From the NCBI GenBank assembly GCA_965249315.1, contig OZ252225.1, positions 143,141 through 207,140 on the forward strand: DNA of 64,000 nucleotides, read 5' to 3'. A program made the position numbers and the translations under genes. The stretch comes from Dehalococcoidia bacterium. GTDB lineage: Bacteria; Chloroflexota; Dehalococcoidia; Lucifugimonadales; UBA1127. The notes under the pieces are model-generated. The model saw nothing but the letters and a program-made list of their open reading frames with translations, was not told where the DNA came from and did no database searches. This document shows positions 53,111 through 62,010 of this stretch, piece after piece. How positions within the stretch are numbered: position 1 is the stretch's first letter; each line of letters begins with the position of its first letter.

Positions 53111-53856
53111 GCCAGGTACTCCTGGGCACATCGGGCAGCCTCTTCAACCACTACTGCCTCGTAACGTTCAACTGCCTCCGGCGGCACAATCTCTGCAAGG
53201 CGGGTCAGGCCTCTGGGCACAGACTCCAGAAACTCGTCGGCGACCTGCTGGGCTCTCGCGAGGTGGGCCGGGTCCTGGTGCCGCTGGGCGAGAAAACGCA
53301 GCCGGTCCCAGCTGAAGCCCCGGCCGGTGAAGGCCTCCACCCATTCTCGCCAGGCCTTCAGCGTGGAGCTGTCGATGAATCCAATTTCCACGTCCTCTTC
53401 GGCGCCGGTGAGAGACAGGTAGGTCTCCGGGGGTGTCTCTTCGTAGGCGCGTCGGTCCATCTCAAGCTGGAGTGCCCTGTCCCACACCTTCGCGGCTGCG
53501 GGATCAGGCATCCTCATGCGGTCGCCGAAGAAGGGGCGGTAGACCTGGCCCACCCAGCCGTGGTCAGCCACCAGGTGACAGATGAAGCCGGTCAGGAAAG
53601 CGCGGGTGGCCTCGGGGAGGCTGTCCGGTCGCGCCAGATGCGCGTTAGCCTCGAACATGCTCCGCATCCCGGCGCGAAGCTCCGCGCAATCGTAGGGCGC
53701 AAAGTGAGTGGCGTAGCGGTCGCCCCGGGTCATGGCTCGAATGTCCGGCGTGGTGCAGCCGAGCAGGAAGCTGCTCCGGTGCTGCGCCAGGACTCGATCT
53801 TCCAGGCGCTCCTGCACCCGGAGGGCCAAGTGGATGTGGGTAAGTAGGTTGGGCAC
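53101..53856 (-). CDS. zinc-dependent phospholipase C / P1-nuclease-fold family protein, function unknown, embedded in the his operon
   Basis: MPNLLTHIH N-terminus, plus LGCTTPDIR, THF and CHLVADH His/Asp motifs. The GTG start is 1 nt after the hisG stop, and hisG's last sense codons AAGGAG could serve as its Shine-Dalgarno sequence. Confidence 0.6.
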   Translation of the reverse strand: MPNLLTHIHLALRVQERLEDRVLAQHRSSFLLGCTTPDIRAMTRGDRYATHFAPYDCAELRAGMRSMFEANAHLARPDSLPEATRAFLTGFICHLVADHGWVGQVYRPFFGDRMRMPDPAAAKVWDRALQLEMDRRAYEETPPETYLSLTGAEEDVEIGFIDSSTLKAWREWVEAFTGRGFSWDRLRFLAQRHQDPAHLARAQQVADEFLESVPRGLTRLAEIVPPEAVERYEAVVVEEAARCAQEYLACV

Positions 53857-53857
53857 C

Positions 53858-54904
53858 TCACTCCTTGCTCAGGGCAGCCTCAAGCCGCCGGTAGGCCTCA
53901 CAATCGTCATGGAAGAGGTAGGTGGGCGAGCTGACCGTAATGCCGTTGCCGCCCAGCCGACGCAGGTGTTCGACCGCCTCGAGGAGCCGCTTGCGCTCCA
54001 CGACGATAGTGGCAGCGTACCAGCCGCGGCTGGCCGGTGTGAAGACGGAGGCCAGGGTGGGCCCCCGGACTCCGGCCAGCTCTCCGCGTTCTACGATATG
54101 AGCCGCAACGGCCTCCGGAGAGCTGCCCTGCACGTTGGCGGTTATGGAGCAGAAGCTCTGGGCCCGCAGATGAGCCTCCATGCGCTCCAGCACGACTCTT
54201 GTGCCCTCCAACTTGGCCTCGTCCAAGGCCAGGGACCGGCGGTTGCCGATGAGACATGCCTGAGAGGTGAGGACCGAGCCATCTTCAAGGGTCTTGAGGC
54301 CGTTCTCCCGCAACGTCGCGCCGCTGGCAGACAGGTCGGCGATGAGGTCAGCGTAGCCCATAGCGGGCGCGGCTTCCAGCGTGCCGCTGCTGAGCACTAG
54401 GGTGAAGTAGTTCACGCCCTGGGTGTACAGGAACCGCTGGACGAGTCGAGGGTACTTGGTGGCGATGCGAAGCTCGCGGCCCGCCTCTCGGAATTCCACG
54501 GCCAGGTCCGCCAAATCCCTGGTACTGACAACGTCGACCCAGAGGTCAGGGACGGCGATGACCAGCTCGCACCGGCCGAAGGCCAAGTCCTCCAACAGCA
54601 CAAGCGAGTCGCCTTCCTCCACTCGGGACTCCAGATAGCGGTCCAACCCCACTACGCCAAGGTTGGCGCTGCCTTCCTCGACCTTGCTGGGGATGTCCGC
54701 TGCGCGTTGAAGCAAGGCCACCGTGTTCGCGACACTGCTCAGCGGGGCAGTGTAGCGGCGAAGGCTGGCGCGCTCGACGGGAAGCCCGCAGGCCCCGAGA
54801 AAATCGAGACTGGGCTGGTGAAGCTCCCCATCACTGGGCAGCGCCAGGCGAAGAGGGTCTGTTCGAGCGCTAGACACGGTGCTGCCGCGTCTTTCCGTGC
54901 TCAT
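53858..54904 (-). CDS. hisG: ATP phosphoribosyltransferase, long form with a C-terminal regulatory (HisG_C) domain
   Basis: Catalytic core (LRLALPSDGEL, RIATKYP, DLSASGATLRENGL). A C-terminal domain of about 90 aa (LAGVRGPTLASV...W.A..IVV). Start is ATG 54904 or GTG 54877, and both overlap hisZ. Confidence 0.88.
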   Translation of the reverse strand: MSTERRGSTVSSARTDPLRLALPSDGELHQPSLDFLGACGLPVERASLRRYTAPLSSVANTVALLQRAADIPSKVEEGSANLGVVGLDRYLESRVEEGDSLVLLEDLAFGRCELVIAVPDLWVDVVSTRDLADLAVEFREAGRELRIATKYPRLVQRFLYTQGVNYFTLVLSSGTLEAAPAMGYADLIADLSASGATLRENGLKTLEDGSVLTSQACLIGNRRSLALDEAKLEGTRVVLERMEAHLRAQSFCSITANVQGSSPEAVAAHIVERGELAGVRGPTLASVFTPASRGWYAATIVVERKRLLEAVEHLRRLGGNGITVSSPTYLFHDDCEAYRRLEAALSKE

Positions 54905-56348
54905 CGACGACCACGATGCGTTGCATGCCGCGAGATCGCGCGTACGCTCGGTGGGAGTCGGCGCGGCCGTGCCTAAGGGCGACCTCCACGACGTCCCCTC
55001 GCCTACGCATCTCCTGGGCACAGGTCAAGGCGTTGGGGTAGGCGTCGACGTTTTGGGAGGCGACGAGGACTGGGCCCGGCTCGGGTTCCCCAGCCTTCGC
55101 CTCTCTCTGCGGGACGGCCGACACCACCTGTTCCAGCGTGTAGGCGAAGCCCAGCGCGGGCACGTCCTGGGGCCCGCCGAGGGCTCGCACCAGGCCGTCG
55201 TAGCGACCGCCGCCGGCCAACACGGCCCCGTCGCGACTGTCGCCGTGGCGCACTTCGAAGACCAAGCCGGAATAATAGGCAAGCCCCCGGGCCAAGCCCA
55301 TGTCCAGGGACACCTCTACATTGTCAAGGCAGTGCGAGGCTAGGGAGGCAAGCAAGTTCTCCAGGGAGGCGAGCGCCTCGGCGTTCAAGCCATACTTGCC
55401 GAGGAGTCTACGTACCGCCTTGAGTGTCGCTGTGGACGCGCCGCTGATCGCGGCGAGCTCCGTGGCGAACTTCAGCGCACGCTCCACCCTGTCGGGGGCG
55501 TCGGTGGCCTGGAGCTTCCAGAGCAGCCGGGCCTGGATCTCCTCCGGGGTTCGTACGCCCATCGGGTTCGAAGAGGCGTTCGCCAGCACCCGCCGGGCAA
55601 GCTCGTGCACGTCCGACCGCACCGTCTGCTGTTGCGGCACACCCGGCAGGTCCGCCCCGGGAGGGCCTTCACCGAGGAGGCCCAGCCTATGGGCCTGGTC
55701 CAAGACCGCCTCTCGCCCGCCGGGGCCAAGTCGCAACTCTCCCATGCTGCGCAGAATGAAAACACGGGCCCGCTCCGAGATGTCAAACTGACGCAGGAGC
55801 TCCTGGACCATGCCAACGTCGCCCACGACGAGGGCCAAACCCTTCAGACCCAGGCCGGTCAGTCCCTGGCAGGCTAGGGCCATAACCTCTGCGTCTGCGT
55901 AGGGACCAGCAGCCCCGATAAGCTCTGCGCCTACCTGGGTGAACTGGCGAGGGCTTCCAGCAGCCCCCCGGGCATCGTGCCGGAAGACAGGCCCTGCATA
56001 ACTCCAGCGGACCGGCAGCGCCATGTTGTCAGAACGATCTATGAAGAGGCGGATGACAGCCGACGTGAATTCAGGACGCAGACTTACCCTACGCCCTCCC
56101 GGCTCCACGAAGGAGTACATCTGCGAGGCGAGCTCGCCCCCGGACTTGCGCAGAAAGAGCTCGGTGGCCTCCAGCATGGGCGTGGCGACCATTCGGTAGC
56201 CATGGCGCGTCAGGCAGACCTGGAGGGCGCGCTGCGTTCTATCCAACAGCTCCACTTCCTCTTCCAGGAGGTCGGTCATGCCTGGCAAGCGGCCACTGGT
56301 CTGCACAGAGGGCTCCGTTCTCGTGCTCCTGGAATCGTGCAGAAGCAC
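54870..56348 (-). CDS. hisZ: HisRS-like ATP phosphoribosyltransferase regulatory subunit (HisZ-like), full-length with an anticodon-binding-like C-domain
   Basis: Class II aaRS motifs (LRPEFT, FRHD...RQFTQ, GGGRYDGL). The motif-3 position reads GFAYTLEQ rather than ...ER. LPGMTDLLEEE near the N-terminus argues for the ATG 56348 start. Confidence 0.65.
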   Translation of the reverse strand: MLLHDSRSTRTEPSVQTSGRLPGMTDLLEEEVELLDRTQRALQVCLTRHGYRMVATPMLEATELFLRKSGGELASQMYSFVEPGGRRVSLRPEFTSAVIRLFIDRSDNMALPVRWSYAGPVFRHDARGAAGSPRQFTQVGAELIGAAGPYADAEVMALACQGLTGLGLKGLALVVGDVGMVQELLRQFDISERARVFILRSMGELRLGPGGREAVLDQAHRLGLLGEGPPGADLPGVPQQQTVRSDVHELARRVLANASSNPMGVRTPEEIQARLLWKLQATDAPDRVERALKFATELAAISGASTATLKAVRRLLGKYGLNAEALASLENLLASLASHCLDNVEVSLDMGLARGLAYYSGLVFEVRHGDSRDGAVLAGGGRYDGLVRALGGPQDVPALGFAYTLEQVVSAVPQREAKAGEPEPGPVLVASQNVDAYPNALTCAQEMRRRGDVVEVALRHGRADSHRAYARSRGMQRIVVVDEHGKTRQHRV

Positions 56349-56406
56349 CCAGCCATTCTATCCAAAGCTAGGGGCAGCTTCAACGCAGTATGCCGGAGCG
56401 AGTCTG

Positions 56407-57189
56407 CTAACGCTGGAGCGTCACCTCGCCCGCAGGAAGGGAGATGCGGGTACCATCGGACCGGTGCAGCAGCAGGTCTCCGTCTTCGTCGACCTCGGCC
56501 GCGACTCCTTCCTCCAAACGATCGCCCCACCGAACCTGAACGTGCTGGCCCAGGGTCTCCAGGGACCGGCGCCATTCTTGGTGCAGGGGTTGTCCGAGAC
56601 GGAGGGCGCTGTAGAAGGTGTCCAAGTGGCGGAGAAAGCTCTGCAGGACCTCCAGGCGCGAGACACGATGGCCGGCCTCCGCCATAAGACTAGTCGCGAT
56701 CTCCACGATCTCGGGAAAGGGGCTGGGGTCGAAGTTTACGTTGATCCCAACTCCCACGGCGGTGTATGGGACGGCGTTGTGGTCCGGCTGGCTCTCAATG
56801 AGGATGCCGCTGACCTTGCGGCCCCGAAGGCGAATGTCGTTGGGCCACTTGATTGTGGCCCGAAGACCCGTAACGGCGCGGATAGCGCCGACGACGGCCA
56901 AGCTCACGGCCATGTTCATTCGACGCAACTCGTGCTCCCTGGGCCGAAGAAGGAGGGTCATGTGGAGACTCGTGCCGGGAGTGGAGACCCAACTTCGCTG
57001 GAAGCGCCCGCGGCCGGCTGTCTGCTTGTCGGCAATGACGATGGTCCCCTCCGGCGAACCGGCGTGCGCCTCTCGATGTACCTCGTCCATCGTCGATGTG
57101 GTTACAGGGAGATAGACTACCCGCTTCCCAATCACACAGGTGGACAGGCCTTTCCGAATGGCCTCCTCGCGCAGGTCCGAGGAGGTCAC
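56407..57189 (-). CDS. birA: biotin--[acetyl-CoA-carboxylase] ligase (group I, no HTH)
   Basis: GRGRFQRSW motif. The GTG start overlaps the amidase stop (GTGA). The ORF's extension to 57375 is rejected. Confidence 0.85.
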   Translation of the reverse strand: MTSSDLREEAIRKGLSTCVIGKRVVYLPVTTSTMDEVHREAHAGSPEGTIVIADKQTAGRGRFQRSWVSTPGTSLHMTLLLRPREHELRRMNMAVSLAVVGAIRAVTGLRATIKWPNDIRLRGRKVSGILIESQPDHNAVPYTAVGVGINVNFDPSPFPEIVEIATSLMAEAGHRVSRLEVLQSFLRHLDTFYSALRLGQPLHQEWRRSLETLGQHVQVRWGDRLEEGVAAEVDEDGDLLLHRSDGTRISLPAGEVTLQR

Positions 57190-58577
57190 CCCTGGCCGCC
57201 CTGTTCCACCATGGGCGGGGCCGGGCCTTCCCCCAGAACGGTCTCGCACCACCGGGCAGTCTCGATCAGGCCCTTCTCCTGGAACCACGGGGCGGCTATC
57301 TGGACCCCCAGCGGGAGACCGGACGCGTCCAGGCCAGAGGGAATGGAGATGGCAGGGAGGCCGGCCGAAGTCCACGGGCCCTGGAACAGCGGTGGGCCCG
57401 TGGTGCCCTCCCGACAGGGCGGGGCCTGAGCGGGCGTGCTTGGGCCAATCAGGATGTCGACTGAGTCGAAGACGCTCCGAAGCTCCTGCCGGAAGCGCGC
57501 TCGGGTTTGGTGCGCGGCGGCGTACGTCTGAGCCGAGGTGGCCAGACCGCGCTCGATTACGGCCCGAATGAGAGGAGGATACAACGTAGGGTCGCTTCGG
57601 TAGTGAGGCTCGTGGGTGGCGGCGACCTCCACGTCGAAGGTCGTCATGGTGGCTTCAGCGTGGGCGGCGAAGGACGAAGGGTCCGCGATCTCCACGACCT
57701 CCGCTCCGGCATCTGCAAGGCGTTGCGCCACTGCGTCCGTATGGCGCCGCACCGCCTCATCAGCATGTTCGTAGAAGAAGCCTCGAAGCAGTCCGATGCG
57801 AGGTGGTCGGTCCCGTCGCGCAGTGCCCGAGAGGTAGTCGATGACTGGTTCGGGCGCGGAGACAGAGTCGTGGGGGTCGTGGCCAGCCATGACGCCCAGC
57901 AGCAATGCGGCGTCCTCCACAGTCCGAACCAGGATGCCCACGGTGTCCAGGGACCAGCCCAAGGGAAGGACGCCGTGCAGGCTGATTCGTCCGAAGGTTG
58001 GCTTCAGTCCGACGATCCCGGCGTAGGCCGCGGGCCGCAGCGTGGAGCCGACGGTCTGGGAGCCCAGTGCCGCCGGGCACATACGCGTCGCCACGGCGAC
58101 AGCCGAGCCGCTGCTCGAGCCGCCTGGAGTCCGGTCCGTGTCCCAGGGGTTGACGGTAGGCGAGGGGTCGCCGGCGGCGTAGGCAGTCGTCACCAGCTTG
58201 CCCATCATGACGGCCCCTGCCTCTTTGAGACGGGCCACACAGGTGGCATCGTAGGCCGGGACGTAGTCGGCGAACAAACGGGAGCACGCGGTGGTTGGGA
58301 CCCCGGCGGTGCAGAATATGTCCTTCAGCCCCACGGGGACGCCATGGAGCGGGCCACGAGGCCCGTTGCGGGAAAGCTCAATCTCAACCTGGCGTGCTGC
58401 CGAGCGAGCGGTATCCGGGTCCAGGGTGACCCAGGCGCTGAGCCTGGGTTCGAACGCAGCGACCTGGGCCAGGAGTGAGTCCATCAACTCCACCGGCGAG
58501 AGCGCGCCGTCCCGTATCGCGGCGGCTGCCTGAGCTACCGAAAGCTGATGGGCCTCCACAGCGGATCCTCCAGACAA
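57186..58577 (-). CDS. amidase-signature family amidase (GatA-like)
   Basis: GGSSSGSAVAVA signature and a conserved K...S-cisS context (GLKDIF). Confidence 0.88.
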   Translation of the reverse strand: MSGGSAVEAHQLSVAQAAAAIRDGALSPVELMDSLLAQVAAFEPRLSAWVTLDPDTARSAARQVEIELSRNGPRGPLHGVPVGLKDIFCTAGVPTTACSRLFADYVPAYDATCVARLKEAGAVMMGKLVTTAYAAGDPSPTVNPWDTDRTPGGSSSGSAVAVATRMCPAALGSQTVGSTLRPAAYAGIVGLKPTFGRISLHGVLPLGWSLDTVGILVRTVEDAALLLGVMAGHDPHDSVSAPEPVIDYLSGTARRDRPPRIGLLRGFFYEHADEAVRRHTDAVAQRLADAGAEVVEIADPSSFAAHAEATMTTFDVEVAATHEPHYRSDPTLYPPLIRAVIERGLATSAQTYAAAHQTRARFRQELRSVFDSVDILIGPSTPAQAPPCREGTTGPPLFQGPWTSAGLPAISIPSGLDASGLPLGVQIAAPWFQEKGLIETARWCETVLGEGPAPPMVEQGGQG

Positions 58578-58582
58578 GGAAA

Positions 58583-58953
58583 GTGGGGCCGGAGGGCCTG
58601 TAAGCCGAGTTCTGTGTCCTGGGAAACCAGAGCTTCCCAGGCGACGACCATCCCTCTAGGACCGCAATTGCTCACGGCCTCGTGCGGCCAACCCGGGGAC
58701 GGGCCGGGCGCCCTATGCCCCTGCTTGGCCTTGCTCCGGGTGGGGCTTGCCCGCCGCCGTGTTGCCATGGACGGCCGGGAGCTCTTACCTCCCGATTTCA
58801 CCCTTACCCGCCTGTGGCGGGCGGTATGTTTCTGTGGCGCTTTCCGTCGGGTTACCCCGCCTGGGCGTTACCCAGCACCCTGCCCGGTGGAGCTCGGACT
58901 TTCCTCTCCACCAGGTCATCCCTGGCAGAGCGGCCGCCCGGCCCACCGGCCCC
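58583..58953 (-). ncRNA. rnpB: RNase P RNA, bacterial type A
   Basis: Minus strand contains GAGGAAAGUCCGAGCUCCACCGGGCAGGGUGCUGGGUAACGCCCAGG, GGAAAGCGCCACAGAAA, GGUAAGGGUGAAA and ACAGAACUCGGCUUACAGG. P1 forms between 5' GGGGCCGGUGGGCC and 3' GGCCCUCCGGCCCC. TATAAT lies at 58964..58959. Confidence 0.93.
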
Positions 58954-58986
58954 AGGGGATTATAGCAGACTGCCTATCCTGGCGGA

Positions 58987-59685
58987 CTAGGCGACGTAGA
59001 GAAGGCGGCTGCAACTCCCGCAGCGCACGAGCTGCGACGCCAGGCGCGCCCGCTGGAACTCCTGCGAAGGCAGCGCCAGACCACAGCCGCTGCAGATGCC
59101 TCGTTCGACCCGCGCGACCGCTACGCCTTTGCTTCGCTTGAGGCTCTGGTACATGACAAGCTCTTGAGGCGGGAGTCCTGACGTCAACTCCTGTTGCTGC
59201 TTTTCACGGTCGGTCAGGTCCCGGCTCACGCTATTTCTTTCCTCCAGGAGCACGACCTGCTCACCCCGCCTCCGTCTCTCCGTGGCCTCGAGGGCGCTCT
59301 GGGCCGATGCCATGCCTTCCTGGGCTTCGTCCGACTGGAGCATGAGATCGAGGACCCGATCCTCCGCTTCTCTCTTCTTCCTCTGATGTGTGCGGATGTC
59401 TTCCTGCAGTCCCAGAAGCTCTTTGGGACTGGTGGTGGCGCCAGCGTAGAGCCTTTGCTCCGCAGATCTGAGATGCGCTTCCAGTTCCCCGATCTCCAGC
59501 TCCAGGCTACGCTGCTGCCTGTAGATGCCATCCAGGCGCTGGTGGGCCTGCTCCACGACCGTGCGGGCAGCATCCACCGCTTGGGTGTCCGCGAGTCTCG
59601 CCTCCACGTCCGCCAGCGCCAAGCGGCATTGGTGGGTCTCTAGCTCAAGCTGCTGCAGTTCATAGAGTTCGCGGACTGGGGACAT
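58987..59685 (-). CDS. coiled-coil protein with a C-terminal C4 zinc ribbon (COG1579/DUF164-like)
   Basis: Start set at ATG 59685 (MSPVRELYELQQLE). A long coiled coil, then CSGCGLALPSQ...CGSCSRLLY. Confidence 0.75.
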   Translation of the reverse strand: MSPVRELYELQQLELETHQCRLALADVEARLADTQAVDAARTVVEQAHQRLDGIYRQQRSLELEIGELEAHLRSAEQRLYAGATTSPKELLGLQEDIRTHQRKKREAEDRVLDLMLQSDEAQEGMASAQSALEATERRRRGEQVVLLEERNSVSRDLTDREKQQQELTSGLPPQELVMYQSLKRSKGVAVARVERGICSGCGLALPSQEFQRARLASQLVRCGSCSRLLYVA

Positions 59686-59795
59686 CGTTCGAGTCCTGCC
59701 TCGTGATGGAGCGAGAGGGAGATGTCCCATTGTAGGAAGGGGCTTGAGGGGCGTCAACGCTTGAGCCGGGCGGAGGTTGATCATCTGGGCACGCC

Positions 59796-59825
59796 TTGCT
59801 ATCAGCCGGACACCATTCGTACAAT
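59796..59825 (+). promoter_or_regulatory. promoter candidate for queF
   Basis: TTGCTA, 18-nt spacer, TACAAT. Lies about 40 nt upstream of ATG 59864. Confidence 0.4.
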
Positions 59826-59863
59826 ACGGAGAGACACAGCTCCGGGCTTGCACGAGGAGCGCT

Positions 59864-60298
59864 ATGCAGCGACTGGAAGACCAGCTCAAGGAGCGCTACG
59901 AGGCCCTGGACGGCAACTGGGCCGTGGACCCGGAGAGCGCCATAGACCCCACACGGCTCCTCACGTTTCCGTACGACTATCCGGGTTCTGAGGCCGAGGT
60001 ATCGATCGAGACTGACGAGTTCACCGCCGTCTGCCCGTGGACCGGCTTGCCAGACCTTGGTACGCTGACGCTGCGCTACGTCCCGGACACCCAGTGCCTG
60101 GAACTGAAGTCCCTTAAGTACTACCTCCTGACCTTTCGCAACGTGGGGATCGTGCAGGAGCACGCAGCGAACCGCATCCTCCAGGACCTGGTGGCGACCT
60201 GCGCACCCGTCCGCATGTTCCTGAAGCTGGACTACCGTACTCGCGGCGGCATTCACACGGTTGTTAACGTGGCCTACCACGTACCGGACGCTTTGTGA
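59864..60298 (+). CDS. queF: NADPH-dependent 7-cyano-7-deazaguanine reductase (unimodular QueF)
   Basis: EFTAVCPWTGLPD catalytic Cys motif and LKSLKYYLLTFRN. ATG 59864 after GAGGAG. Confidence 0.9.
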   Translation: MQRLEDQLKERYEALDGNWAVDPESAIDPTRLLTFPYDYPGSEAEVSIETDEFTAVCPWTGLPDLGTLTLRYVPDTQCLELKSLKYYLLTFRNVGIVQEHAANRILQDLVATCAPVRMFLKLDYRTRGGIHTVVNVAYHVPDAL

Positions 60299-60446
60299 TC
60301 TCCTGGACGCCCCGACTGCGACAACGCCGGGACAATCCACTCTCCTCATTCCCACGTATCTCCAACAACAGGATACTGCCTTCGGGGCAGTTTCCTGCCT
60401 GTCGCGTGCTATACTGGCTAGAGCACCCGTTGGCGCCGGAGGAGTG

Positions 60447-61901
60447 ATGCTGCGGTGGCCCCTTGCACTCCTGCTGCTGGGACTTGTCGCGGCCTGCGGC
60501 GGCGCTGACGCCGCAACGGACCGGGTGAGCAACCTCAGCGACCCCACTGCTGCTGCCGAAATCCACCCCGACGCACCACTGTGGTCGCCTGCAGGCGACG
60601 CCGTCGTGAACGCACCGCCTGCCCAGACCGAGGCTCCACCTGCCAAAGTCGACACGCCTCCTGCCCTGCCCGAGAGCTCCACGCCGGCAGTAGCGGCACG
60701 ATCCGAGGAGGCGGCGCCCAACACTGCACCCAACGTCGTGGCTGCGGCGCCCCCGTCCCAGCCAGAGACGCCCGCGTTGGCGGATATGCTGGAGGAGCTG
60801 AAGCGCGCTACTGTGCGGATTTCCACGGTGCGGGGCGAAGGGTCGGGCATCATTTTTGACCGGCGGGGCTATGTGCTGACCGCAGACCACGTTGTGCGAG
60901 GTGTGACATCAGTTATCGTCTACCACTCGGATGGACGGGAGGAACCGGGCATAGTTCTGGGCCGGGACGAGGTCCGCGACCTGGCAATCGTGAAGATAAG
61001 TGGAGACCCGGACCTGCCGCTTGCCAGGCTGGGCAACTCTCAAAACGTGCGGATGGGAGATCCGGTCTACTCCCTGGGCTTCACCCCCTTTAACGAGGCT
61101 ATGACTAGTACCGTCGGAATCGTTTCCGCCCTCCTTCCCCACGGGCCTGAAGGGTATACGATCATCCAGACGGACGCCTTTCTCTACCCCGGACAGAGCG
61201 GTGGCCCCCTCCTAAATGCTCACGGAGAAGTTATAGGCGTTCTGAGCCAGTCGATTCGCGTTTCCGAGCTGGGGGTCTTTCTCCCAGTGCAGGCAGGCTG
61301 GGCTGTGGGCCTTGACCGCGAGACGCTAGCTATTATTCCGAAACTTCAGGCCGGAGAGACCTTCAGCGAGGCCGTCTCACCAGAGGTAGGGCACTCCAAG
61401 GCAAACGCGGCACCCATTGGATGGCCCGTGCGGGTGGCAGGTCGCAATCTCGGCGGCAGCGAAGAGACGATCCACGAGATCCAGACCCTAGCGGTCATCC
61501 GAGGCGACCGAGCCTTCGAGGTTCTCAGGCTCGTCAACCGATTCAACCGGGAGCCCGTCGAAGGGATGGAGTACGTGCTTGTGCTTGTGCGCGCAAGGTA
61601 CGTAAAGGGACCGGTCGACGCGACGGACTACTTCTCCTACGAAGACTTCAGGACGATATCCGGCGAGGGACTGTCCTACGTCACGCCATTCTTTCTCTGG
61701 CCAGCTCAGCCTATCCTTGCGTCGATTATGTACCCAGGCGGTCTGGTACAAGGCTGGACGACGTGGCAGGTAGCGACTGATGACCCCAACCCACTGCTGA
61801 CCTTCGGCTTGGACCTCTCCTGGCGAGGCAACGCGTGGTTCTCTCTGGCCCCTAAGGAGTTGACCGATCCCGGGAACGGTGAGGACCGGGAGCAGGAGTG
61901 A
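60447..61901 (+). CDS. secreted lipoprotein trypsin-like serine protease (S1C-like) with an uncharacterised C-terminal beta-rich domain
   Basis: Signal plus lipobox LVAACGG and a Pro/Ala linker. Triad contexts TADHVV, DLAIVK and GQSGGPLL. ATG 60447 after GGAGGAG. Confidence 0.85.
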   Translation: MLRWPLALLLLGLVAACGGADAATDRVSNLSDPTAAAEIHPDAPLWSPAGDAVVNAPPAQTEAPPAKVDTPPALPESSTPAVAARSEEAAPNTAPNVVAAAPPSQPETPALADMLEELKRATVRISTVRGEGSGIIFDRRGYVLTADHVVRGVTSVIVYHSDGREEPGIVLGRDEVRDLAIVKISGDPDLPLARLGNSQNVRMGDPVYSLGFTPFNEAMTSTVGIVSALLPHGPEGYTIIQTDAFLYPGQSGGPLLNAHGEVIGVLSQSIRVSELGVFLPVQAGWAVGLDRETLAIIPKLQAGETFSEAVSPEVGHSKANAAPIGWPVRVAGRNLGGSEETIHEIQTLAVIRGDRAFEVLRLVNRFNREPVEGMEYVLVLVRARYVKGPVDATDYFSYEDFRTISGEGLSYVTPFFLWPAQPILASIMYPGGLVQGWTTWQVATDDPNPLLTFGLDLSWRGNAWFSLAPKELTDPGNGEDREQE

Positions 61902-62010
61902 GACGCCAGGAGAGCATAAGGGAAGGGAGCGGCCCATACGTGGAGGTCTACTGGGAGCTCCCTAGAAACGGTGACCCGACACAGTTGAATTGGAGACTGG
62001 CAAGAGGTGC

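Noticed and set aside
58548-59141. Several 70-200-aa ORFs between the amidase and the zinc-ribbon gene.
   Set aside because: The region is RNase P RNA, with its conserved core motifs present. The ORFs are incidental.
59686-59863. Looked for a preQ1 riboswitch upstream of queF.
   Set aside because: The predicted leader after the TTGCTA-N18-TACAAT promoter is only about 35-40 nt. It lacks the small hairpin plus A-rich tail characteristic of preQ1-I/II.
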